NCBI GenBank assembly: GCA_963779415.1
Contig: CAVZYA010000002.1
Coordinates: forward strand, 416,001 to 480,000
DNA: 64,000 bases
Reading direction: 5' to 3'
Source of the DNA: an uncultured Acidobacteriota bacterium
Lineage (GTDB): Bacteria; Acidobacteriota; Thermoanaerobaculia; UBA5066
A model generated the notes under the pieces. That model was not told the DNA's origin, made no database searches, and worked only from the letters and a program-made list of their open reading frames with translations. Position numbers and translations under genes: made by a program. Positions 33,789-45,729 of this stretch are shown one piece after another. Numbering within the stretch: position 1 is the stretch's first letter; every line of letters begins with the position of its first letter.

Positions 33789-34885
33789 GCCGACCCGCGC
33801 GCCGAAAGCCACGCGCCGAACCGCTCGGCGGGCCAGGCGTTGACCACCCGGTCGGGCGGGATCCCGACGAGGCGCGCGACGGCGAGGCCCCACGTGACGT
33901 GCGTCAGGTGGCGCGCGGCGTGGGCGTCGCTGGCGATCGTGAAGAGGCACCCCGCATCCGCCGCGAGACGCGCGAGCGAAGGGGAGAGGTCGAGCCGCTC
34001 CGGGCAGCCGTTCAGCTCGATGGCGACGCCGCGCTCGGCGGCGCGCGAGAAGACGCGCGGCCAGTCGGCACGGACGCCCGGGCGGATGTTGTAGAGACGT
34101 CCCCGCGGATGGCCGAGGACGGCGACGCCCGGCGTCTCCACCGCGCGAACGAGCCGGGACGTCTGGTCGCGCGGGTCGCGAAGCTCCGTGTGGACCGAGG
34201 CGACGACGGCCGCGATCTCGGGGACCCGCGACGGGAGGATGTCGATCGTCCCGTCCTCCGCGATGTTCGCTTCGGCCCCGAGGAACATGACGAGGCCACG
34301 GTCGGCCCGTTCGTTCGCCCGGTCCACCTCCCGCCGCTCGGCGCGGAAGTCGCCCGGAAAGAGCCCTCCCGCCACGGCACAGTCCCGGGCGTGATCCGTC
34401 AGGAGGGCATAGCCGTCGCCGCGCGCGTCGAGGGCGCGGTGAAGCGCGGCGAGCGGCATCCGCCCGTCCGACCGGTCCGAGTGGAGATGGACGTCTCCCC
34501 GGAGGTCGGCCATCGAGATCCCCTCCGGGGCGGCGAGGATCCGGTCGACGTCGGCCTGCGAGAGGAAGTCCGCCTTGACGTTTTCGCGCGGGTCTTCGCG
34601 GTCGAGGATCGCCGCGAGCTGTTCGGAGATGATCTCGTCCGAGCCGCAGGAGAGAAAGCCTCCGATGGCGTCCGCGGCGCGCGTCGAGACGCCGGGGAGG
34701 GCGACGATCGCGAGGCGCCGCCCCCAGAGATCGACGTCGAGCTGCCGGAGGGTCCGGGCGGCGTCCCGGTACTCGGCCGCCGGGCGCGCCCCCGGCTCCT
34801 CCGCGTCCGCAAGGGCGAGAAGAGCAGATGCGATCCGTGTGTTCGTGACCGGCGGCGCCGGCCTCGGCTGCGGATTCGACGACAT
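33779..34885 (-). CDS. PHP-domain protein with PolX-like N-terminal helical domain and no polymerase core
   Basis: N..IA..L..Y..AA..L, LPGV; PHP motifs GDVHLHSDRSDG, TDH, GHP.GR, ELN..PERLDL, SDAH. Confidence 0.8.
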   Translation of the reverse strand: MSSNPQPRPAPPVTNTRIASALLALADAEEPGARPAAEYRDAARTLRQLDVDLWGRRLAIVALPGVSTRAADAIGGFLSCGSDEIISEQLAAILDREDPRENVKADFLSQADVDRILAAPEGISMADLRGDVHLHSDRSDGRMPLAALHRALDARGDGYALLTDHARDCAVAGGLFPGDFRAERREVDRANERADRGLVMFLGAEANIAEDGTIDILPSRVPEIAAVVASVHTELRDPRDQTSRLVRAVETPGVAVLGHPRGRLYNIRPGVRADWPRVFSRAAERGVAIELNGCPERLDLSPSLARLAADAGCLFTIASDAHAARHLTHVTWGLAVARLVGIPPDRVVNAWPAERFGAWLSARGSAQS

Positions 34886-34936
34886 CGCGAGGCCCCGCCC
34901 GATTGTAAGGGGCGCTCCGGCCGTAGACTTCTCGGA

Positions 34937-37635
34937 ATGCCCCCGACGCTCGCCCTCGTCGACGCCTCGAACTACCTCTACCGCGCCTTCTACGCGATCC
35001 GCGGCCTGACCGGCCCGGGAGGAAGGCCGACGAACGCCGTCTTCGGCTTCGCGACGATGCTCCGGAAGCTCCTCGCGGCGCGGAAGCCCGACGCCGTAGC
35101 CATCGCCTTCGACCGCGCCGAGAAGACCTTCCGGCACGCGCTCGACGAGACGTACAAGGCGCAGCGTGCGGCGATGCCGGACGACCTCGTGCCGCAGGTC
35201 GAGGACGCCAAGCGCCTCTGCCGGGCGATGGGGCTGGCCGTCGTCGAGGAGCCGGGATACGAGGCGGACGACCTGATCGCGACCCTCGCCGAGCGGGCGA
35301 AGAAGGAGGGGCTCCGGGTCGAGATCGCCTCGGCCGACAAGGACCTCTTCCAGCTCGTGGACGAGGGCCATGTTTTCGTCTGGCATCCCACGAAGGAGGA
35401 GTTGCTCGACGCGAAGGGAGTCGAAGCCTTCTTCGGCGTCCCGCCGGAGAAGGTCGTCGACGTCCTCGCCCTGATGGGAGACGCCTCGGACAACATCCCG
35501 GGCGTCGCCGGGATCGGCGAGAAGGGGGCGCGCGAACTGATCGCGGCGTTCGGCTCGCTCGACGGCGTCTACGCCCGCCTCGGCGAGGTGACCGGGAAGA
35601 AGCGCGAGGCGCTGGAGAAAGGGAAGGAAGACGCCCTCCGGTCCCGCGTCCTTGCGACCGTGGCGCGCGACGCGCCCGTTCCGGAGGGAGAGGTCCTCTC
35701 GCTCTTCCGGATCCCGCCCCCGACGCCTTCGCGGACACGGGAGCTCGCGGCCTTCTACGAGGAGCTCGGCTTTTCGAAGCTCAAGAAGGAGCTGCTCGAC
35801 AGCGCCGGGAGACGCGGAGGAGTCGCCGCCTCCCGTGTCGGCGTCATCCGGGACGGGGGCGCTCCGATGGGTGACGGAAGCGGCCGCACTTGCGGCCTTC
35901 ATGGCCGCGGCCCGAAGGGAGGGACGTGTGGGGATCCACGTGGAGTGCGCGCCGCCGCACCCGTTCCCCGCTGAGCCGCTCGTCGCCGCTGCGTCGCTTC
36001 CGTCGGGTGACGGCATCGCCTTTCCGCTCACCTCCTCCGAAGGGATTGAGACCCTCGCCTCGCTCTTCCGGGAGGTGCCGGTCGTCGCTCACGACGCCAA
36101 GCGGCTTTTCCTCGCCGCGGCGGCTCTCGGAATCGCCCCGCCTTCGCGCGTCGTCGACGTCATGCTCGAAAGCTACGTCGTGTCGCCCGGGATCCACGCC
36201 CACGACCTCTCTGGCGATGCGCGTGGCGTCCTCGACCTCCCCCCGGAATCGATACCGTCGCTCAAGGAGCTGGCCGGGAAGGAGGGGCTCTCGTCGGCCG
36301 AGCCTCTCGCGTCGGAAGCGGGGCTTGCCTACCTCGCGCCCCGGGCGCGCCTTCCGCTCGCTCTCGAGACGGCGCTCGGCGGGAAGCTCGCAGCGGCGCC
36401 CGCTCTTCGGACGATCCTCGCGGAGATCGAGCAGCCGCTCATTCCCGTTCTCGCGCGGATGGAGATCGCCGGGATCGCCGTCGACCGGGGGACGCTCGCG
36501 ATCCTCTCGAAGGAGTTCGGCGAGCGGCTCGCGGCCCTGGAAGCGAATATCCACGAGGCGGCCGGCGAGGCTTTCAACATCGGATCGCCGCAGCAGCTCG
36601 GACGGATCCTCTTCGAGAAGCTCGCGTATCCGTCGCTCAGGAAGACGGCCAAGACGAAAGCCTACGCGACGGGATCGGACGTCCTCGAGGAGCTGGCCTC
36701 CCTCGAGACGGGGCCGGTGCCGGGCCTCGTCCTCGAATGGCGCGAGCTTTCGAAGCTGAAGGGGACGTATCTCGACGCGCTCCCGGAGTTCCTCGCGAAG
36801 GACGGCCGGATCCACACCCGTTACGACCAGGCCGTCGCGGCGACAGGTCGGCTCTCGTCGAACGACCCGAACCTGCAGAACATCCCCGTGAGAACGGAAG
36901 CGGGGCGGCAGATCCGCCGCGCCTTCGTCGCGCCGAAGGGGCGGCTTCTCGTGACGGCCGACTACTCCCAGGTCGAGCTTCGGATCCTCGCCCACCTCTC
37001 GGGGGACGAAGCGCTGATCGACGTCTTCCGGCGCGGAGAGGACATCCACCGCGCGACCGCCGCGAAGATGTTCGGAATCCCGCTCGAGAAGGTGACGGCC
37101 GATCAGCGGCGGAGCGCCAAGACGATCAACTTCGGAATCCTCTACGGCATGGGGGCCTTCGCCCTCGCGGGGCAGCTCGGCGTCCCGCGCGCCGAGGCGA
37201 AGGAGTTCATCACGGCCTACTTCGACCGCTTCCCGAAGGTGCGCGCCTGCCTCGACGGCGTCCTCGAAAAGGCACGCGAAACGGGAAGGACCGAGACGAT
37301 CTTCGGCCGCGTCCGCCCGATCCCGGGACTTTCCGACCGGAACCACGCCGTCCGGGCGAACGCCGAGCGGATGGCGATGAACGCGCCGTTCCAGGGCTCG
37401 GCAGCCGACCTGATCAAGCGCGCCATGATCACGCTCGACGCCGCGCTCTCCCGCGAGATTCCATCGGTGCGGCCTCCTCCTTCAGGTGCACGACGAGCTG
37501 GTCCTCGAGTGCGACGCGAAGGACGCCGACGAGGCCGCGGCCCTCGTGCGTCGGACGATGGAAGGCGCCGCGTCGCTCGCCGTCCCTCTCACGGTCGACG
37601 TCGGGCGCGGCGCGAACTGGGCCGAGGCGAAGTGA
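34937..37635 (+). CDS. polA: DNA polymerase I (two frameshifts ~35800 and ~37470, probably errors)
   Basis: YRAFYA, EADD, GDASDNIPGV; TGRLSSNDPNLQNIP, ADYSQVELR, AKTINFGILYG, QVHDEL. Confidence 0.95.
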
Positions 37636-37670
37636 CGCGCGCGGGGCGTCCCGCCCGTAGAATGGCCCTC

Positions 37671-38603
37671 GTGCTCCCGAATGGCTCCCGGCTCCTCGCC
37701 GCCCTCGCCGCGGCCGGAGCCTCCGGCCTCCTTTCGGCTCAGATGCCGCCGCCCACCCCCATCCCGGTGGCCCCCGGAACGGTCGTCCTCCGGCCGATCG
37801 AGGCGATACCGGAGAGCTGGCGGCCGCCCCCCCAGGAGCTTCCTTACGCCCACCCTCTCTACCGCCCCCTCGACGCGCCGCCGAAACTCCCCGAGAGGCC
37901 GCCGCTCGAGGATTTCGAGGCCCGGACCTGGCTCTGGACCTGTGTGAAGGTGGGGGAGAACGGGCGGGTGACCGAAGGAGCTGCCGTCGAGCCGCCACTC
38001 AAGGGACTGACGGCTCCGCTCGCGGCGCTCTTTCCGCGGTGGCGTTTCGCGCCGCCGCGAAAAGAGGGGAAACCAGTCACGACGTGGGCCACCCTCGGCC
38101 TCAATCTCGCCGTCTCCCTGGAGAAGGGGCTCTTCAGCTCCTTCGACCTGAAGCCCCTCGCGAAGGAGGACCCGATCCCGTCCGTCGTCCGCGAGATCCC
38201 CCCCGAAGATTTTCTGAAAGGCTTCCCGAACGAGATCGCGCCGCCCGAACCGGGCGTTCTTTCGGTGGAAGAGTGCGACGCGTTCCCGGCGCCCGACTCG
38301 ATCAAGTGGAGCTTCGACGCCGCGAGGAGCCGCTCCCGGATCACGGCGCTCGTTCTCGTCTCCGAAGAAGGAAAAGTGGCGCGGATCCTTCCGACGGGGG
38401 AGACGAACGAGCCGCTCGTCCTCGACTGGCTCCGGAAGAACGCATCGACCTGGAAGCTGACGCCGGGGATGGCAGCCGGAAAGCCCGTCGCTTCGTGGAT
38501 GTCGCTCGACGCTGCCCTCGACTACACGATCGACTCCGCGAAGAAGAAGGCCGAGCGCGCCGTCCGGAAGAACCTCCGCGGCACCCGGACGGACTCTCCC
38601 TAG
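37671..38603 (+). CDS. Secreted protein with two TonB C-terminal-like domains
   Basis: Signal peptide, Pro-rich linker, V.ENGRV..WRFAP..GKPV and V.EEGKV..WKLTPG..GKPV. Confidence 0.55.
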   Translation: MLPNGSRLLAALAAAGASGLLSAQMPPPTPIPVAPGTVVLRPIEAIPESWRPPPQELPYAHPLYRPLDAPPKLPERPPLEDFEARTWLWTCVKVGENGRVTEGAAVEPPLKGLTAPLAALFPRWRFAPPRKEGKPVTTWATLGLNLAVSLEKGLFSSFDLKPLAKEDPIPSVVREIPPEDFLKGFPNEIAPPEPGVLSVEECDAFPAPDSIKWSFDAARSRSRITALVLVSEEGKVARILPTGETNEPLVLDWLRKNASTWKLTPGMAAGKPVASWMSLDAALDYTIDSAKKKAERAVRKNLRGTRTDSP

Positions 38604-40530
38604 TCGACTTTCCGGAGGTCCCCCACCCGCCGGGTCCGTCTCTTTCCATCGAGATACTCGAGGAGGGGGATGAGGGTCTTCCGCGTGAGGCCCCAGAGAT
38701 CGCGGAAGGCGGCGACGGGGACGGTCTGCCCCTTCAGGGCGTCGAGCTTCTTCTCGGCCGCCGCGAGAACGTCGCGGTGGACGACGAGATCGGGGGCGAT
38801 CCGGACGAGAACGCCCCCTTTGATCAGGTGTCCGACGAGCCCGTCGATCACCTGCGGCTTGGCCCCGATCTTCGGGGCGAGATCGGCGCTCTTCGGCGGC
38901 TCCCAGAGGGCGGCGCGGTACCCTTCGGCGACACGCGCCGAGAGCCCCTCGGCTTCCGGTGAGAGGCCGGATGCCGCGGCCCCGGGCGGAGCGACGCGGT
39001 CTCCCGAGATCGAGAGCTTCCGTCCCTTTTCGAGAAGGGCGAGCCATCCGTCCGCCGTTTCGCGCGGGAGCCCTCGTCCGAGCTTCTCGAGGAACTCGCC
39101 CCGCGCGACGGAGAGCGAGGCCGCACCGCTCGCTTTCTGATCCGAGAAGAGCGCCGTGGCCCGTCGGGACATCTCGTCGACCGTTCGCGAGTGGACGTAC
39201 GTCCCGGCGGGGAGCTTCAGCGCGGATCCGGCCGAAGCCAGCGCCTCGAGCCGCTCGCGCGCGATGCTCTCCGGGACGCCGAGCCTCTGGCCGAGGCCGG
39301 AGGAGGTGAGGCCGGCGGCCCCCGCTTCGCGCAGGAGGAGATCGGCGATCCGTGCTTCGTCGCGGGCGGCGAGAAGAGCGAGCGCCTCGGGCAGCTCCTT
39401 CGTCCCGAACGACTTCTTCCGGATCCGCGGCCGCCCGGTGTCGAGAACCCTCCCGCCCCCGAGAGTCTCGACGGGAGAGGGGCGACGGAGGATGAAGCGG
39501 TCGCCGGGGCGCGCCGGAAGGGACGATTCGAGGACGAGCTGGGCGAAGCGAGTCGGAACCGGGGGTCAGTTCTTTCGCCTCGGACCGGCCGGCGCCGGGG
39601 ATGAGATGGATCTTTCCGGCGACGTCGGCCGTGCCGTGATGGACGCGGACGCGGGCGCCGTCGGGGAGCGGCGAGGCGACCTCGGGAAGGAGGGCCGCCT
39701 CGACCGTGAGGAGAGACGCGGGGCGAAGAGCGTCCTTCGGCACGAGCGCCTGCCCGCGCCGGAGCTCGGCCCGCTCGATCCCCGCGAGGTTCAGGCTCGT
39801 CCGCTCTCCGGCGAAGGCCTCGCGGCGCTCCTCGCCATGGACCTCGACGCGCCGGACGCGCACCTCGCTCCCGTCCGGAAGAAGCGTCAGCCGGTCGTCG
39901 ACCGCGATCCGCCCGCCGTCGAGCGTCCCGGTCACGACGGGGCCGAAGCCCTTCATCGTGAAGGCGCGGTCGAGGAAGAGGCGCGTGGGGCGGCGGTCCC
40001 GGGCCGACCGGTCGAGGCGCCCCGCCGCCTGGGTGAGCGCGCTCTTCAGTTCCGGAATCCCCGCTCCCGTCACGGCCGAGACGGGGAGGACGGGAGCCTT
40101 TTCGAGGAACGTCCCCTTCACGAGGTCCGCGGATCTCCTCCTCGACGACGGCGCCGGTCTCGGCGTCGACGAGGTCGCTCTTCGTCCGCGCGATCACCCC
40201 GCTCCTCACGTCGAGCAAGGAGAGAATCGCGAGATGCTCGCGCGTCTGGGGCATGACCGAGTCGTCCGAGGCGACGACGAAGAGGACGACGTCGACCCCC
40301 TGCGCCCCGGCCACCATCGTCCGGACGAACTTCTCGTGGCCGGGGACGTCGACGAAGGAGAAGACGATCCCGTCCCACGCCGCGTGGGCGAAGCCGAGGT
40401 CGATCGTGATGCCGCGCTCCTTCTCCTCCGGGAGCCGGTCGGGATCGGTTCCGGTCAGCGCCTTCACGAGCGCGCTCTTGCCGTGGTCGATGTGTCCGGC
40501 GGTGCCGACGAGGATCCTTCGATCGGCCAT
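38600..40530 (-). CDS. selB: Selenocysteine-specific elongation factor SelB (frameshifts ~40125 and ~39555, probably errors)
   Basis: [39 protein letters not shown]-terminal [11 protein letters not shown]. Confidence 0.93.
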
Positions 40531-40532
40531 CG

Positions 40533-42207
40533 TCAGTACTCCGGCGCCGAGACCGGCGCGGGGCTCTCGGGGATGGGGGTCTCGCCGGCGAGGCGCGCGC
40601 GGACGGCGCGGGCGACGCGAAGGCCGTCGAGGGCGGCCGAGACGATCCCTCCCGCGAAGCCGGCCCCCTCGCCCGCGGGGAAGAGCCCGGGGAGAGACGG
40701 ACTCGCACGAAGTCGTCGCGCTCGATCCGGACGGGCGAGGAGGTTCGCGATTCGGGGGCGATCAGGACCGCCTCGTCGGAGACGAACCCCTTCATCGTCC
40801 GGTCGAACGCGAGGATCCCCTCGGCGAGCGCGTCGAGATAGGGGGGCGGATAGAGCGAGTCGAGGCGGCCGCGGGACGGCGGCAGGGCCGTACGTCGTCG
40901 TCGGGAGGTCGCGCGGCTGGGCCGGCGCGTCCGGCTGTCAGGAAGTCCGTCACCCGGATCGCCGGCGCGGCGTACGTCCCGCCGGCGAGGTCGAAGGCCG
41001 CGCGCTCCACCCGCCGCTGGAAGGCCTGGCCGCGGAGGACGTCGGGGCCCGGCTCTCCCGTCGAAGTCGCTCGCCCGCGTCTGGACGACGAGGCCGGAGT
41101 TCGCGAAGCCCGACTCGCGCTTGTACCGGGACATCCCGTTCGTCACGACGCCCCCCGCTTCCGACGAGCAGGCGATCACCTCGCCGCCGGGGCACATGCA
41201 GAAGGTGTAGACGCCGCGCCCGTTCGAGGCTGGGTGCGTCTTCTTGTAGTCGGCCGGCACGACGCCGCAGGACGCGGAGAGCCGCCCGTACTGGATCCGG
41301 TCGATCGCGTCCTGCGGGTGCTCGATCCGCACCCCCATCGCGAACGCCTTCGGCCGACATCGCGACGCCGCGGCGGTGAAGCGTCTCGACCGTGTCGCGC
41401 GCCGAGTGGCCGAGGGCGAAGATCGCGAGCGTCGCACGGGATCTCCTCGCCGCTCGAGAGGACGAGAGCGCGCGAAGCCGGCCCGGCCTCGCCCTCCGCG
41501 GAGGACGTCGACGACCTTCGCCCGGTAGCGGAGCTCGGCCCCGCGATCGAGGAGGTGCCGCCGGATGTTCCGGAGGACGACGACGAGCCGGTCGGTCCCG
41601 ATGTGGGGCCTGGCGTCGAAGAGGACCGTGTCGGGGGCGCCGAAGCGGTGGAGCGTCTCGAGGACGACGGCGATCTTGTCGTGGCGCTTGCCGCAGGTCA
41701 GCTTGCCGTCGCTGAAGGTCCCCGCGCCCCCCTCGCCGAACTGGACGTTCGACTCGGGGTCGAACGCGCCCCCCTTCCAGAAACGCATCACCTTCCGGTA
41801 GCGCTCCTCCGCCGGGTCGCCCCGCTCGAGGACGAGCGAGCGAGAGCGCCGGCGTCGGCGAGGGCGAGGGCGGCGAAGAGGCCGGCGGGGCCGGTCCCGA
41901 CGACGGCGACGCGCGCCTCGCGGTCGGGGACGGCGGGAGGAGGAGCTCCGGAGCCCGTGGCGGCGGGGCCGCTCCAGCGCAGCGGCGCGGCTGCAGCGGC
42001 GGCGCCGTGGCAGCGGTCGCCGAGCATCGAACTCGACGGCGCATCTCGTAGAAGAGGTCGGGCTTCTGCCGCGCGTCGAGGGACCGGCGGACGAGGGCGA
42101 AGCGCGAGATCGTCCGCGGCGCGACGCCGAGGAGCCGCGCGACGAGCGCGCGCGTCGGGAAGCTCCGGCGCGCGGGTCCGGACGCCCGAGAGGCGGTAGC
42201 TTGGCAC
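40533..42207 (-). CDS. FAD-dependent oxidoreductase (multiple frameshifts)
   Basis: [61 protein letters not shown]. Confidence 0.85.
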
Positions 42208-42228
42208 GGCGGCTATTCTAGGGACGCG

Positions 42229-42807
42229 ATGGGGGACGGCGGTCCGCGCGAGATCGAGGCGAAGTTCCGGCTCGTCGACCGCGCGCGCCTTCGAGGCGCG
42301 CGCTCGCGCGCTCGGCGCCGCGGGCGAAGGGCCGAGGAGCGGGAGCGGAACGTCCTCCTCGACGACGACGCCGGGACGCTTCAGGCGCGGGGGTGCGCGC
42401 TTCGCGTCCGGACGACGGAGAACGGCGCGGCTCCTCACCTTCAAGGGGAAGGCGGAGTTCTCGAGGGGGCGTGAAGTCGCGCCTCGAGCTGGAGACCGGG
42501 GTCGACGACCCGGACCGGATCGAGGCGCTCCTCGCCGAGCTCGGCTACGTGCCCCGCTTCGGCTACGAGAAGCGCCGGACGACGTGGCGCTTTCGCCGAC
42601 GCGGCGCGCCCGCTCGTCGTCGTCGACGAGACGCCGCTCGGCCTCTTCGCCGAGGTCGAGGGGGACGCCAGGAGGCCGTCCGGGCCCTCGCGGCGGAGCT
42701 GGGCGTCGCGGAAGGAGCCTTCATTCCCGAGTCCTACGCGGCGCTCTGGATGAAGGCGCGCGAGGCGGATCCCGCGCCTCCCGCACGACATGGTCTTCCC
42801 GACGTGA
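42229..42807 (+). CDS. CYTH / class IV adenylate cyclase family protein (frameshifted)
   Basis: EIEAKF, LRVR, R.ELET, YEKRR, DETP.G.F.E.E pieces spread across frames. Confidence 0.75.
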
Positions 42808-43521
42808 TCGCGTTCGTCCTCGGCCGCCGGGTTCGGGACCCGCTTCCGCCCCGCGACGCTCACGACGCCGAAGCCGCTCCTTCCGCTCCTCGGCGGCCCG
42901 ATCCTCTTCCGTCTCCTCGACCACCTGCTTTCGCAGGGGACCGACCGGTCGTCCTGAACACCCACCATCTCGCCGAGGCGCTTCGCGCGGCCGTGGGCGA
43001 GCGATACGGCGGCGTCCCGGTCGCCTGGTCGTTCGAGGAAGAGATCCTCGGAACGGCCGGCGGGATCCGGCGCGCGGCGGAGCGGGGGCTCCTCGGCGAC
43101 GCCGTTCGTCGTCGTGAACGGCGACCTCTTCACGACGCTCCCTCTCGGGCGGCTTCTCGCCGCGAGGCGGACGCGGCCGGCGTCGTCTCGGCCCTCGCCG
43201 TGATCCCGAACGCGAGGCCCGAGGTCGACACGCCGCTCTGGGGCGACGCGGCCGGGCGCCTCGTCGCCGTCGGCGGCGAGCGAACCCGGAGGAGGACGCG
43301 ACGGGCCCGTGGCTCTTCACCGGCATCCAGGTCGCGCGCCGCGGCGCTCGTCGAGCGGATCCCGCCCGGCGTCTCGGAGCTGGCGCGCGACGTCCTCGCG
43401 CCCGTCGGCGCGAGAAACGGGACGGCGCCTTCGCCCTCGTCCCGTACCGCGTCCCCGAGGACGGTCTCTGGTTCGACCTCGGAACGCCGGAGCGGCTCGC
43501 GGCAGCCGAGGAGGCGATTAG
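42804..43521 (+). CDS. NDP-sugar pyrophosphorylase / nucleotidyltransferase family protein (frameshifted)
   Basis: GFGTRFRP.T..TPKPLLP, LNTHHL, EEEILGTAGGI, NGD, WFDLGTPE. Confidence 0.75.
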
Positions 43522-45029
43522 GGCGAACGGGGGGCGGGACTGACCGAAAGCGGGATAAGACGCCCGTTCTCGAACCTGTAGAGACGGACCTCTTCGGCTT
43601 CGGAGAAGACTCCCCACGGTTCGACTTCGGCGAGGAGCTGGTCGAGTTCCTTTGGTACCGGGTGGTGCGGTGTCCGGACGACCCAGCCGCTCCCGAATCC
43701 CGCCATGGTGTCGCGGAGGACGGAGACGTTGTCCACGATCCTCGGAATGTCGATCGGACGAGAAAGGCGCAACGTCTGAAACCGGAGGGAAAGGTAACTC
43801 CACCCGTCGGCGGCGATCACCGTTCCTCCGCGCCCTTTCGAGAACTCCCAGTCGAGCCAGGCGGCCGGTCGCCTCCAGTCGGGGCGCGACGCGCGGGCGT
43901 TTTCGGCGAGAGCGGGCGCTTCGATCGCCGCGGTCAGGGCGAGGAGCAGGGCGAGAAGAACGCCTCCGGCGCGGCCGGCCCGGACCCCGAGAAAACCCAC
44001 CCCCTCGCCGAACGACTCCGAGAGCGGCAGAACGGCGAGAAGGACGTACCGGAGATTCCACCAGTGATCGATCCCCTGGAGGAAAACGAGGGGGAGGACG
44101 AAGGCCGCGGCGAGCTGCGTCAGGATGTCGGCACGAGACCCTGATGCGGTCGCCATCCCGAACAAGGCAACACACCAGACGAACGCGGCCGGCACCGCCC
44201 GGGCGAGCGACTCCTTCCGGTCGGCCGCGAGGCCCACGGCGAGTTCCGCTACCCGGCTGACCGTGACGGGAGGTGCCGGCATCTCAGGGGCGCGGCGCGG
44301 CTGGCGCGACAACGCGACGACCCACGGGAGATAGAGGACGAAGACGGCGACTGGGGCGAGAAGGGCCCACCGGAGCCTGCCGGCGCGTCCGTCCCGGAAG
44401 CGGAGCGCGGCGAAGAGATCGAAGAGGAAGCCGGCCGTCACAGGAAAGACGGCGAAGTAGAGCGTGTAGACCGCGCCCGCCGCGAAGAGGACGTACGCCG
44501 CGAAGGCCCGGCGGTTCCCGGTCCCGGTGAACCGTCGGCGTGAGGACTGCGCGAGCGCGACGAGAAGGAGGGCGAGAGCGTAGGGGCGGACCTCCTGCCC
44601 GTAATAGACCGCGGCCGGAAGGAACGCGAAGAGCGCCGCCGAGGCGTACGCGGGACGGAAGCGCCGCCATCCGCCCGATCCGAAGAAGAGCGCGACGACC
44701 GTCCCGGCGCCGAAGAGGATCGACGGCAGCCGGAGGGCAGCGTCCGTCGAGGAGAGCCGGACGACCAGAGCGGTCACGAGGTAGGAGAGCGGGGGGTGCG
44801 CCTGGTCCCAGAGTGCAACGCCGGGAATCTCGAGGAGCGGTCGCCGCGCGTAGTCGACCTGCATCGCCTCGTCGAGCCAGAGGCTCCAGTTTCCGATCCC
44901 CCACGTACGGAGCAGAAGCGCGAGGAGAACGAGGAGGCCGAGAAAGACGACATGCCGGCGCGGAGCCGGCGTGTCGTTGCGGAACGTCTCGGGCCGCGGG
45001 GGCTCCGGAGGCACGTCCCTATTCTGCAT
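43518..45029 (-). CDS. GT-C (PMT/GT39-83-like) membrane glycosyltransferase
   Basis: SLWLDE, HPPLSY, LRLPS, QEVRPY; many TMs. Confidence 0.8.
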   Translation of the reverse strand: MQNRDVPPEPPRPETFRNDTPAPRRHVVFLGLLVLLALLLRTWGIGNWSLWLDEAMQVDYARRPLLEIPGVALWDQAHPPLSYLVTALVVRLSSTDAALRLPSILFGAGTVVALFFGSGGWRRFRPAYASAALFAFLPAAVYYGQEVRPYALALLLVALAQSSRRRFTGTGNRRAFAAYVLFAAGAVYTLYFAVFPVTAGFLFDLFAALRFRDGRAGRLRWALLAPVAVFVLYLPWVVALSRQPRRAPEMPAPPVTVSRVAELAVGLAADRKESLARAVPAAFVWCVALFGMATASGSRADILTQLAAAFVLPLVFLQGIDHWWNLRYVLLAVLPLSESFGEGVGFLGVRAGRAGGVLLALLLALTAAIEAPALAENARASRPDWRRPAAWLDWEFSKGRGGTVIAADGWSYLSLRFQTLRLSRPIDIPRIVDNVSVLRDTMAGFGSGWVVRTPHHPVPKELDQLLAEVEPWGVFSEAEEVRLYRFENGRLIPLSVSPAPRSP

Positions 45030-45053
45030 TCTGCGGGACCGGACGAAGAAGTC

Positions 45054-45656
45054 TCAGAGCCTCCTGATCCACTTCTTCTTTTTCGCCTGCCAGTCGAAGA
45101 CCTGGATCCTTCCGCTCGCGGGAGAGACGCGGACGACCGACTGCCGGTCCCGTCCGTCCGAGAGGTAGACGGAGCCGGGAGAGGCGCCGCAGTCGGGGGC
45201 GAACGAGCAGATGTCGCTCCGACCGAACCGGATCGGGTCGGAGAGGTTTCCGATCGGATTCCCCGAGGGGTCCAGCCCCTTGAAGTCCGGCAGGAACGAG
45301 AAGGTGATGTGCGGGTATTTCCCGCGCATGAAGTAGGGGCCCGCGTAGATGCGGTCGACCCCCTTCTTGATGTCCTCGGTGAGGACGCCGTTCCCGTTCC
45401 GGTCCTCGTAGACGGTCAGGACGACGTCACCGTCCTTCGAGAACCATTTCACCCCCGTGTTCCGCCCGCTCTGGATGGCCCGGTCGCGGGCGATGGTGAA
45501 GACGAGGGCCACGTCCGTCGTGGCGGCGTCGATGGCGCTCTTCCGGTAGAGGTTCGAGAGGGCGGGGAGGGCCATGGCCGTGACGACGCCGAGGAGGGAG
45601 AGGGCGACGAGCGACTCGAGAAGGCTGAAGCCGCGTCGGTGAAGAGAAGGGCGCAT
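45054..45656 (-). CDS. Prepilin-type (FimT/GspH-like) protein
   Basis: RRGFSLLESLVAL class III signal; SD AAGGAG. Confidence 0.82.
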   Translation of the reverse strand: MRPSLHRRGFSLLESLVALSLLGVVTAMALPALSNLYRKSAIDAATTDVALVFTIARDRAIQSGRNTGVKWFSKDGDVVLTVYEDRNGNGVLTEDIKKGVDRIYAGPYFMRGKYPHITFSFLPDFKGLDPSGNPIGNLSDPIRFGRSDICSFAPDCGASPGSVYLSDGRDRQSVVRVSPASGRIQVFDWQAKKKKWIRRL

Positions 45657-45729
45657 GGTCGTCTCCTTCATCGAGAACGGCGCGGGGCGGCAACGCGGAA
45701 AGCGCTCCGCCCCGCGCCTCTCTCACTTC

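Noticed and set aside
35652-38603. 983-aa Pol I - TonB-like fusion ORF
   Set aside because: Artifact of the ~37470 frameshift; polA ends at 37635 and the next gene has its own -10 box and signal peptide.
40533-43521. Decaying pseudogene cluster
   Set aside because: Dense indels but motifs and host-like codons are preserved; a low-quality assembly stretch is more likely.
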